This document shows, in pieces, positions 1-6,933 of a stretch of 15,373 bases of DNA. The translations under genes and the position numbers were made by a program. Source of the stretch: an archaeon (GTDB lineage Archaea > Asgardarchaeota > Thorarchaeia > Thorarchaeales > Thorarchaeaceae); the NCBI GenBank assembly GCA_024275415.1, contig JAJRZD010000001.1:1-15373 (forward strand). Reading direction: 5' to 3'. Each line of letters starts with the position of its first letter. Position 1 is the first letter of the stretch. The notes beneath the pieces were generated by a model. That model saw nothing but the letters and a program-made list of their open reading frames with translations, ran no database searches and had not been told where the DNA came from.

Positions 1-539
1 GTGACGGTGTCTGTCCCTACAGCCCATGTGGAAGTGTCAAGGGTGACTGCAAAGTCCGCTGGTGGTGTTTCGGTCGTGGCACCATAGCTCGTGGGAGTGA
101 AAGTCCATGACGACACCGATGAGGTCGTGCTTAACGTTGTTCCCGTATCAAGATCGGTGATGACCACAGTGACGCTTGTCTGGAAACCATGGGGAGTCAC
201 GAGATCGCCCAGTACTGTGACGGAAGTGTAGTGCTTTCGAATCACAATATCAAACAGATAGTTTGATGGGCTATAGTAGTCCCCTGTCAATATCACAGAA
301 AGAGTGACGGTGTCTGTCCCTACAGCCCATGTGGAAGTGTCGAGTGTGACAAGAAGGTCTGCGGGTGGTGTTTCAGTGGTCGCACCGTAGCTCGCGGGGT
401 TGAATGTCCAAGATGAAACATTGCCGACCCCAACAGTCCCACCAGTATCAGTGTCAATTATGGTCACTGTAAGGTCAGTAGTGAACCCGCTGGGCGTGTT
501 CAGGTCACCGCTCACTGAAACTGTTGTGTAATGTTTACG
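1..539 (-). repeat. Tandem ~100-aa (300-303 nt) intragenic repeat, two copies visible (240-539 and <1-239)
   Basis: Both units read RKHYTxVxVxGDLxTPxGFxTxxxVxIxDxDTG...VSSWTFxPxSYGATTETPPADxxVTLDTSTWAVGTDTVT. Nucleotides 1-38 are identical to 304-341. Confidence 0.92.
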
Positions 540-3500
540 AAGCGTGAAGGTGACATTGACGAGTCCATCCTCCAGATAGGCTCCAGCCTTTGACGCCTTG
601 AATCGATACCAGTAATCACCTACAGTAAGACTCGATGTAGGAATCGTTATAGTGTATTGTCCACTCCCTTGATCCACAAAGCTGACGGCTGTCCCATTGT
701 CAAAGGTAATAGTCGCGCCTGTGACTGGTGTATTGGAATACGAGTCATAGAACACCAAGGTAGCTGTGAAATCGTTCCCGATAGGTGTCGTGTCAACATC
801 CCGATAGGTCAGGTTAGTAGCATGGTAGAGTTCCAGATCAAAGAATTCAGTCGCATTGTTGTAATAGGGATGGTATGACCAGACGTTGATCCTCCACATC
901 TGGTTCGTGATGAGGTCGTTTGTGTCAAGGGTCTTGCTGTACCTTCCATCACCCAGATCATCTAGTGTGACCTCGGTAGGAGTGCCACTTATCGTCCAGT
1001 TGATCTTCACTACAGCACCAGTCACACCGTTTAGAGTGATATCATCGGTCAGTTTGTATTCAATGTATATCGGATCACCTGCAGTGGCATATGCGATGTT
1101 ATCAGACACCGCGTCGGAGGGGAAGTTCAGTGTAAGAGTAGAGTTGTGTTGAACGATGAACTTGCGCTCATACACCCCAGTCTTGTTCATCACAATCGTG
1201 CCAACGTCCGTGTAGTTGAAAGTGGCAGTCCACTCACCTGCAATAGCAGTGGAATCTATTGTCTTTGTGATTGACAAATCCGGAGATGTACGGACTTCCT
1301 CTGCTCCGCGCAAGACGAACGTGTTCTGGTTCTGTACATTGGCGTATTCAACAGATATCCAGCTGCTTGTGAGAAGAGAGTTTGAAATACGCACCTCGTC
1401 AATTGTGCCCGTGAAGAAGGCCTCACCAGTCGGAAACTCGGTGGTTTCCGCATAACGCCCACCAATGCCCCAATCACCTGCATATGATAGACTAACAGAG
1501 GTCGCACTCCCAGCGGAGGCAGCATCAGTATCGTCTACACCGTTGATGTAGATCTTGTTGTTGGAAGGCGTAGAGGCATTCGCCACACAAGCAAAATAAT
1601 ACCAACCTGCAGTCCATGATGTCCGTTGGGTCCACTTGACATATTCGGCACCATTGGTTTCAAAACCAAAGACCAACGACCCTGCAGGCACACCGACCTC
1701 AGTATAGTCAGTCCCAACAAGGGCGATGTGGAAATTGTCATTGGCACTGAGATATTTCTCAAGAACGATCATGGATGTGGTGTTTGAACTTGAGAATGCA
1801 CTTGGCAGATAGAACCAACCGGATATAGAAACGTCACCAGCTGGATTCAGCCCCTCAGTAGCATTTACAACGATCCAGTCGTTCCCATCGAAGTCCTGTC
1901 CAAAACTACTCAGGATCCCTGATGTCTGCCCATTTCCATTGTGTATGCCAGTGTAATTGCCAATTGCCGAGTCATAGTGGGCCTCGCCAGACCCTTCATT
2001 AGTGACAGCCTCAGAAAGGTGCCAGACTGCTTCCTGATTGCCAGACCACAAATCCCAAGGACTCTCTGTGGAGCCAATTACAGGATTCCCATAATACAAC
2101 CATATCGTGTTATCCACTGTGCTTGAGAGGTTGGTCTTGACCCACGCAACTAGGGTTCCTGTGGACTGGTCGAAACGCTCAATCTCATGCGAGAGAACGA
2201 TGCCATTTTGGACAAAGACAAAGTCATCTCCATCGGGTTGCACATCTGTTTGAAAATCTGTATCTGAAAAACTGACAGCCATCGGGAAGTTTGTGACATC
2301 AGCACTCACTTGTGACGCGGGTATCGTCAGTTGCATACGGTATGAGAATGAGGGGATATCCCAAGGGGTGCTGGGAACACCGGTTGTTGCAGAGCCCGTA
2401 TACCAAACGTTGCCTGCCGGATCAGTAAGGGTCAGTCCCGCTTTAGCCCCTTCAATCCATGGAGTGGTCACTTGGAACCTTGCGATATCGTTAGTGTCAA
2501 AGGTTGCAGTTGTTGAAAGGGGCTGACCATCGATTCCAAGGTCAAACGCCTCGATATAGTTCAGACCCTCAAAATAGAACGTCCAGACGCCCCAGTAGTC
2601 CACTGCACGAGAGAATACGATTACCTCACCCCCCTGATATATCCAGTCGGTTCCATAGGTCTTGTTCTGCCCCAACGGATTCGAAACGGCAACAGGATTC
2701 CACTCAGTCATTGGATAGGAAACGTGTGCATCAAGTTCGGTGGTAGTGTTCGGGGGTGAGATAAGAGCATAAGCGACCCAATCGACAACATTCGAGCCGT
2801 TATGGGCATAGAATGTGGAACCGGGGTTATATGACGCGTCAAGCGACTGTCCGCCTCCTTGAATGTCCATAGTAAGGATGACATCTGTGGTAATTGGGGT
2901 CGGTGACGATGTGGTCACCAAGACCTGTGCAGATGATTCATTGACCCACGTATTCTGGAGAACGGTTTCAGCACCTACACTCTTGATGAATGAAGAAGGA
3001 TTTATCTGGTTATTGAACTCGGTCGTAATCCATGCCTGTGTGAGTGCTGTGCTGGCAAGTCGGGCTTCATCTAGTGTACCATCAAAGTAAAATGAGTTAG
3101 TAAGATCACTATTACCGAAGACAAAGACATCGGTGGAGTCCGATATACTTGTACCACCATGACTTACATCGATGACTGGAGTGCCATTTATGTAGCCGAT
3201 GAGACGGCCACTCTGGGCACTCCAGGTCCAAGTAAGTAAGTTCCAAGAACCAAGATTTAGTGTCGTGTTCCCATCATATGAATTACCAGAACCACCGCTG
3301 CCATCAGTGCTGATCCGTGCAGTCATTATCTGGGATGCAATACGAGTGGCGATGGTATGGGCGTTCTGGTTTGTTGAATTTGTCTTTGAGAATGGTTGAG
3401 AATCGAGATTCACATCCATTCTGACCCATATGCTGATGGTTACTTGATCCCATTGATCTGTGTTGATCTGACCGATACTGATGACATCCGTATCTGCACT

Positions 3501-5612
3501 ATCAAAATCGATGGCATTCCCGATAAGCCCTGCGACACTATCTTCAGCTCCCTGCGTGCCATACGATGTACCGTCATAATTATTCGATGTGCTATCATAG
3601 ACGACCCCTGATGGATTGTCCGCCAAGTGATGGACAGTAGCATAATTGTCCCAAACGGAGGGTGACGATGACGCCGCTGCATTTGGATTACCGTATGCCA
3701 TCGTGATCGTAGTATCCACGACACTTGACAAAAACGGAATCTTCACCCAAGCAAGAAGACGCGCATGAGTGCTATTGTAGCTCTGGTCGAATGACTCAAT
3801 CTCGAAATCAAGACCCATGTCATTCATCTTGAACACGATGTCGTCCCCATCTGCTTGGACATCAGTTTTCAGGTCAGTATCATAGATTTCCAATAGGACT
3901 GGGAAATTAGTAAGGTTCGCAGATACTTGAGTAGAATCAATCGTGATGTCCTTCTCGTTCTGCATCAGATAGACAGTGTCTTCTGGCAATGGAATCATGT
4001 ATTCAACAAAGAGCCTGCTAAGCTGATCTGCTGGGTAGGTGGTACCGGCAGACCCTTTCAGGTCGTTGTATGCCTGATCAGTACTGGAATACATGTAGTC
4101 TAACATGATGCATACAAAATTGCCGGCTGACCAGCTGCTATCGGAAACTACTGCCTGAAGATATGCAGCAATGTCCGGAGACCTTTGTCGTATTCTGACA
4201 GTAGATGTCCATGACTGGGGGAACCAGTCCACTCCGGACTCCACCCAAACATACCGATCCTCGAGATGAGGCAGTCCTGTTGTGAAGTTGGTGATTGGAA
4301 GACCAGACGTGTTCTTGCCTGCCACGAATACCCTCATCCCAACTCCACCTCCTTGAACACTGGAAGGTTCAACCTCAAGATAGGCGGAAGTTATCACAGC
4401 CCCTTTAGGTATATCAACAGGGAATTGCAAACCTACCTCAAAATCATAGACCGAAGACCAAGACCCACTGCTCCAAACGCCAACGCTCAAATCTCCACTC
4501 CCAGAATATCCATCGAGATCGACACCATTTGAGTTATCATCATAGGCATCCCTGTTGCTATCGTCAGGCAAATACGGATAGATGCTTCCTTCAATGACAC
4601 CATTTGCAAGAGTACCATTGACCTTCAAATCAATCTGTTCAGGAAACGGACGAACTTCTGTGTTTACAGACACATCATCAACATACACTTGTGCAGTATT
4701 GGATGTCGATTGCTGTCCGTCGACATTTGATTTGAGTCCGATTTCCACAAGAACCGAACCAGGCATAGATATGCCCGTGAGCTGGGTGGAGGGGATTGTC
4801 ACAGTCGCTGTCAGCCATGTTTCTGTTGTGTCAGTGGATTCAAAGACATGCAAAGCTGTTTCATATCCATTGAACCGTGTGAAGAGGAATACTTTATCAT
4901 TCATGTCTGATACGAATGAAACATAGTATCTGAATGTGATTTGAGCAGAATACAATTCTCTATACGGAAGATGTAGCAATTGCTCCAGGTATATCTGGTC
5001 ATTTGCATTTACAGTCGCTGTCGAGAGCCAAGTCCCCTCAAATCTCCACCCCATCGTCCCCGAATAGCCTTGTCCAGCGATATCATTCATCTGAAATGTG
5101 CCATATAGAGGGTGTGTGGATCCACTACCTGTGATTGATTTTGCCAACGTCCATGAGTCAGGAACCGTGACATCATCACTCTGATAACTGCCTTCATGGA
5201 TCCATTTCTCGTTGTGATAAGTATTGAGATCACCATTTACTATGTTATCAGTCGTCATGGACAGTGTGCTGATTGTGGTCTGTAGGTTATTCCCAGTCCA
5301 CCCATTGTCAATCGTCACACGGGCAAGGCTTGAAGATGAGGAATCAATAACAAATGTGTTGTCATAGACATTCGACACTGTTCCCGAGTAGCTGATAGGT
5401 AGAGGCTCGCCAGTCCCAGACAATGTTGCTGTGGCCGCTAATGAGAAATCATTCGTCGATGCCCGTCCAATCCCATCAGGATCCACGAATTCAGGATCAC
5501 TGAATGGTGTCTGCAGTGGCACCAGCAAAAGAAAGACGACCAGCACAGTTGAGAATTGAACCAACCTAATATTATAACGTGTCACTTTTTTCAGGCTACT
5601 ATCTCTCATCAT
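1..5612 (-). CDS. Giant secreted/cell-surface glycoprotein (over 1,870 aa, 3' end beyond the left window edge): signal peptide, DNRLRE-like domain, 2x (DUF2341 + LamG/ConA-like), Ig-like repeats
   Basis: Manual translation of the minus strand gives one open frame from ATG 5612 (in-frame TAG upstream at 5639-5637) to base 1. The N-terminus is MMRDSSLKKVTRYNIRLVQFSTVLVVFLLLVPLQ (basic n-region plus hydrophobic h-region). Internal motifs are GLQFPVDIPKGAVITSAYL (DNRLRE-like), KDITIDSTQVSANLTNFPVL...DVQADGDDIVF...AWVKIP and MQLTIPASQVSADVTNFPM...DVQPDGDDFVF...AWVK (DUF2341), and FDGTLDEARL and FTGTIDEVRIS (LamG). The small plus-strand ORFs in 657-4926 are its antisense shadows. Confidence 0.9.
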   Translation of the reverse strand, partial: MMRDSSLKKVTRYNIRLVQFSTVLVVFLLLVPLQTPFSDPEFVDPDGIGRASTNDFSLAATATLSGTGEPLPISYSGTVSNVYDNTFVIDSSSSSLARVTIDNGWTGNNLQTTISTLSMTTDNIVNGDLNTYHNEKWIHEGSYQSDDVTVPDSWTLAKSITGSGSTHPLYGTFQMNDIAGQGYSGTMGWRFEGTWLSTATVNANDQIYLEQLLHLPYRELYSAQITFRYYVSFVSDMNDKVFLFTRFNGYETALHVFESTDTTETWLTATVTIPSTQLTGISMPGSVLVEIGLKSNVDGQQSTSNTAQVYVDDVSVNTEVRPFPEQIDLKVNGTLANGVIEGSIYPYLPDDSNRDAYDDNSNGVDLDGYSGSGDLSVGVWSSGSWSSVYDFEVGLQFPVDIPKGAVITSAYLEVEPSSVQGGGVGMRVFVAGKNTSGLPITNFTTGLPHLEDRYVWVESGVDWFPQSWTSTVRIRQRSPDIAAYLQAVVSDSSWSAGNFVCIMLDYMYSSTDQAYNDLKGSAGTTYPADQLSRLFVEYMIPLPEDTVYLMQNEKDITIDSTQVSANLTNFPVLLEIYDTDLKTDVQADGDDIVFKMNDMGLDFEIESFDQSYNSTHARLLAWVKIPFLSSVVDTTITMAYGNPNAAASSSPSVWDNYATVHHLADNPSGVVYDSTSNNYDGTSYGTQGAEDSVAGLIGNAIDFDSADTDVISIGQINTDQWDQVTISIWVRMDVNLDSQPFSKTNSTNQNAHTIATRIASQIMTARISTDGSGGSGNSYDGNTTLNLGSWNLLTWTWSAQSGRLIGYINGTPVIDVSHGGTSISDSTDVFVFGNSDLTNSFYFDGTLDEARLASTALTQAWITTEFNNQINPSSFIKSVGAETVLQNTWVNESSAQVLVTTSSPTPITTDVILTMDIQGGGQSLDASYNPGSTFYAHNGSNVVDWVAYALISPPNTTTELDAHVSYPMTEWNPVAVSNPLGQNKTYGTDWIYQGGEVIVFSRAVDYWGVWTFYFEGLNYIEAFDLGIDGQPLSTTATFDTNDIARFQVTTPWIEGAKAGLTLTDPAGNVWYTGSATTGVPSTPWDIPSFSYRMQLTIPASQVSADVTNFPMAVSFSDTDFQTDVQPDGDDFVFVQNGIVLSHEIERFDQSTGTLVAWVKTNLSSTVDNTIWLYYGNPVIGSTESPWDLWSGNQEAVWHLSEAVTNEGSGEAHYDSAIGNYTGIHNGNGQTSGILSSFGQDFDGNDWIVVNATEGLNPAGDVSISGWFYLPSAFSSSNTTSMIVLEKYLSANDNFHIALVGTDYTEVGVPAGSLVFGFETNGAEYVKWTQRTSWTAGWYYFACVANASTPSNNKIYINGVDDTDAASAGSATSVSLSYAGDWGIGGRYAETTEFPTGEAFFTGTIDEVRISNSLLTSSWISVEYANVQNQNTFVLRGAEEVRTSPDLSITKTIDSTAIAGEWTATFNYTDVGTIVMNKTGVYERKFIVQHNSTLTLNFPSDAVSDNIAYATAGDPIYIEYKLTDDITLNGVTGAVVKINWTISGTPTEVTLDDLGDGRYSKTLDTNDLITNQMWRINVWSYHPYYNNATEFFDLELYHATNLTYRDVDTTPIGNDFTATLVFYDSYSNTPVTGATITFDNGTAVSFVDQGSGQYTITIPTSSLTVGDYWYRFKASKAGAYLEDGLVNVTFTLRKHYTTVSVSGDLNTPSGFTTDLTVTIIDTDTGGTVGVGNVSSWTFNPASYGATTETPPADLLVTLDTSTWAVGTDTVTLSVILTGDYYSPSNYLFDIVIRKHYTSVTVLGDLVTPHGFQTSVTVVITDLDTGTTLSTTSSVSSWTFTPTSYGATTETPPADFAVTLDTSTWAVGTDTV
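1300..2355 (-). other. DUF2341 + LamG/ConA-like module 2 (approximate limits)
   Basis: SFSYRMQLTIPASQVSADVTNFPMAV...GDDFVF...HEIERFD...LVAWVKTNLSS...WLYYGNP, then VWHLSE, DFDGND, SISGWFY, WYYFACV, IYINGV, FTGTIDEVRIS, WISVEYAN. Confidence 0.8.
2975..3965 (-). other. DUF2341 + LamG/ConA-like module 1 (approximate limits)
   Basis: KDITIDSTQVSANLTNFPVLLEI...GDDIVF...FEIESFD...LLAWVKIPFLSS...TITMAYGNP, then VHHL..D...DST, AIDFD, TISIWV, WNLLTWTW, YINGT, FDGTLDEARL, WITTEFNNQ. Confidence 0.8.
3990..4575 (-). other. DNRLRE/CBM96-like beta domain within the giant protein (approximate limits)
   Basis: DAYDD...VG...GLQFPVDIPKGAVITSAYLEVEP...SPDIAAYLQAVVSDSSWSAGN...LFVEY matches the recurrent IPxGAxIxSAxL pattern of this domain group. 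Confidence 0.55.
5514..5612 (-). other. Predicted Sec signal peptide / N-terminal membrane anchor of the giant protein
   Basis: KKVTR basic stretch followed by FSTVLVVFLLLVPL hydrophobic stretch. Confidence 0.7.
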
Positions 5613-5686
5613 CTCAGCGATCTCCAGGGCTTTCGTCTAGATACTACCTTCCCCAAGTGTTTAGATTCTCCTCTAGACAAAGACTC

Positions 5687-5709
5687 ATTGTTTAACAATC
5701 ATATAATAA
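5687..5709 (-). promoter_or_regulatory. Putative TATA box (TTATTATAT on minus, 5701-5709) with an immediately downstream palindrome ATTGTT-T-AACAAT (5687-5699) upstream of the giant gene
   Basis: AT-rich box about 90 nt upstream of ATG 5612. A perfect 6-1-6 inverted repeat lies between it and the gene. Confidence 0.4.
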
Positions 5710-5802
5710 TCTGTGTCTGGCGAACCCCGTTCTTCATTGGGACATACCTTTCGATTTTTCGTCAAAACAAGGATATAAAATTCGCGGAAGGCTTTGCTAG
5801 GT

Positions 5803-6495
5803 TTACCGAACACGATCTAGGTAGTCCGCATATCCCACGAAAGTGTATCCAAGCCTGTCTTTCATATCATAAACAAGCTCGTATATACGTTCAGAATGGA
5901 ATGAAACAGGATGAATTGCAACCTGAACAGGACCACCTAACTCCAGTTCGAGAAATGCATCCGACTTCAAATGTGCATTGGTTCCATGTCCAAGGATATA
6001 ATGAGCAGTGATGTGGTTCACATCTGAGGAAAAATCATAGATGCTGTTCCCGATGACACAATAGCGGAAATTGAGGTCTTTCGTGACACTAATCGTAGAC
6101 TGTGGGGATTCCCACAGTGGGGGAAAGAATCCAATGGGGTTTTTCTTGAATGATTGTCGTATCAGACTCTTTCCTTGACTAATCCTCATCTTGACTTGCT
6201 TTTGGGGCATACGTCTGAATTCTGCATCGGTTCCTGATTTCGTCATATGCGAATAGCCCAACATGGATATCTCCTTTCCCAAAGAGAGCAAGTACTCCGT
6301 GAACAGCTCGTGCTTCTGAAATGTGTTGGAGCGTTTCATTCTGAAGAAGGGAATTGCAAGAAGGGTATAACTGGACAGTCCGAGGTCGTCTAACAGGTCG
6401 CAAGTCTGCACAATCTCATCTTCATATTCTGGAACTATATGTTGTATGCTGAGTAATGCAATTCCATCATCTACTGGGTTGGCAGCAAAGCTCAA
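5803..6495 (-). CDS. DUF2334 / CE4 (NodB-like) polysaccharide deacetylase family protein, catalytic motifs degenerate
   Basis: LLSIQHIVP (family: vSiHDVxP), TLLAIPF, EISMLGYSH (family: EixLHGYxH), AEF, GFFPPLW (family: GFxxPxW), VAIHP. TTG start with GGAG upstream. Confidence 0.75.
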   Translation of the reverse strand: MSFAANPVDDGIALLSIQHIVPEYEDEIVQTCDLLDDLGLSSYTLLAIPFFRMKRSNTFQKHELFTEYLLSLGKEISMLGYSHMTKSGTDAEFRRMPQKQVKMRISQGKSLIRQSFKKNPIGFFPPLWESPQSTISVTKDLNFRYCVIGNSIYDFSSDVNHITAHYILGHGTNAHLKSDAFLELELGGPVQVAIHPVSFHSERIYELVYDMKDRLGYTFVGYADYLDRVR

Positions 6496-6525
6496 TCAGT
6501 TGCACTCCGGACATCTCAATTGGAA

Positions 6526-6550
6526 AGGGGAACGAAGGTCGAAGTCCCCT
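6526..6550 (-). terminator. GC-rich hairpin 25 nt downstream of the histone stop; possible terminator or 3' stabilising stem-loop
   Basis: Transcript-sense AGGGGA-cttcgaccttcgt-TCCCCT followed by TTCC. Confidence 0.35.
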
Positions 6551-6575
6551 CATCATATTATTCTATCAATCATTG

Positions 6576-6821
6576 TTAAAATGCACGTCGCCATTGCTTG
6601 TACGCGAGTTCTACATCCTTGTCAGTAATCGTCTTTCGTCCTTTGTATTCCGTGAGTTCCACAGCCATCTTAGAGAGCTGCTCTCCGACCTCCTCCAAAA
6701 TCAACGCGAGTTTCTCAGCACCTTTATCACTTACTCGATCTACCTTTGTCGTGAGAGTACGACGCATCAAACGGTCAACAGGGGCTACGGGGATTATTCG
6801 GTCCTTTCTTGAGCGGGGCAT
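6576..6821 (-). CDS. Archaeal histone (HMf/CBFD_NFYB_HMF fold), variant with short basic N-terminal extension
   Basis: MPRSRKDRIIPVAPVDRLMRR...DRVSDKGAEKLALILEEVG...AVELTEYKGRKTITDKDVELA aligns with HMfB (LPIAPIGRII...ERVSDDA..TLAKILEEMG...AIKLARHAGRKTIKAEDIELA). ATG 6821 was chosen over 6833 and 6851 from fold length and an AGGATG SD-like element upstream. Confidence 0.93.
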   Translation of the reverse strand: MPRSRKDRIIPVAPVDRLMRRTLTTKVDRVSDKGAEKLALILEEVGEQLSKMAVELTEYKGRKTITDKDVELAYKQWRRAF

Positions 6822-6878
6822 TTGCAAACACATCCTTATCCTATGATTCAATGGATATTTGCTCCAGCGGGGGAAATC

Positions 6879-6897
6879 CTATATAAGAAATTCCGTT
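6879..6897 (-). promoter_or_regulatory. BRE-TATA promoter candidate for the histone gene
   Basis: Minus strand reads acggaatttcTTATATAG, a purine-rich BRE-like segment followed by a TATA box about 60 nt upstream of ATG 6821. Confidence 0.55.
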
Positions 6898-6933
6898 TGG
6901 TGGACAAACAAATTAAAGAGCAAGCCTAATGAT

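Noticed and set aside
1-341. 38-nt exact direct repeat as a possible CRISPR repeat or att site
   Set aside because: The spacing is 303 nt, in frame, and inside a larger diverged protein repeat. It is a coding repeat, not an array.
657-4926. Numerous 60-114 aa ORFs in the supplied track
   Set aside because: They lie antisense or out of frame to the continuous giant minus-strand ORF and have no recognisable motifs.
5556-6011. 151-aa plus-strand ORF
   Set aside because: It overlaps the start of the giant gene, an intergenic promoter region and the DUF2334 gene on the opposite strand, and its composition is not protein-like.
6572-6580. ATTGTTAAA resembling the 5687-5699 palindrome
   Set aside because: It is only a half-site match in AT-rich sequence overlapping the histone stop codon.
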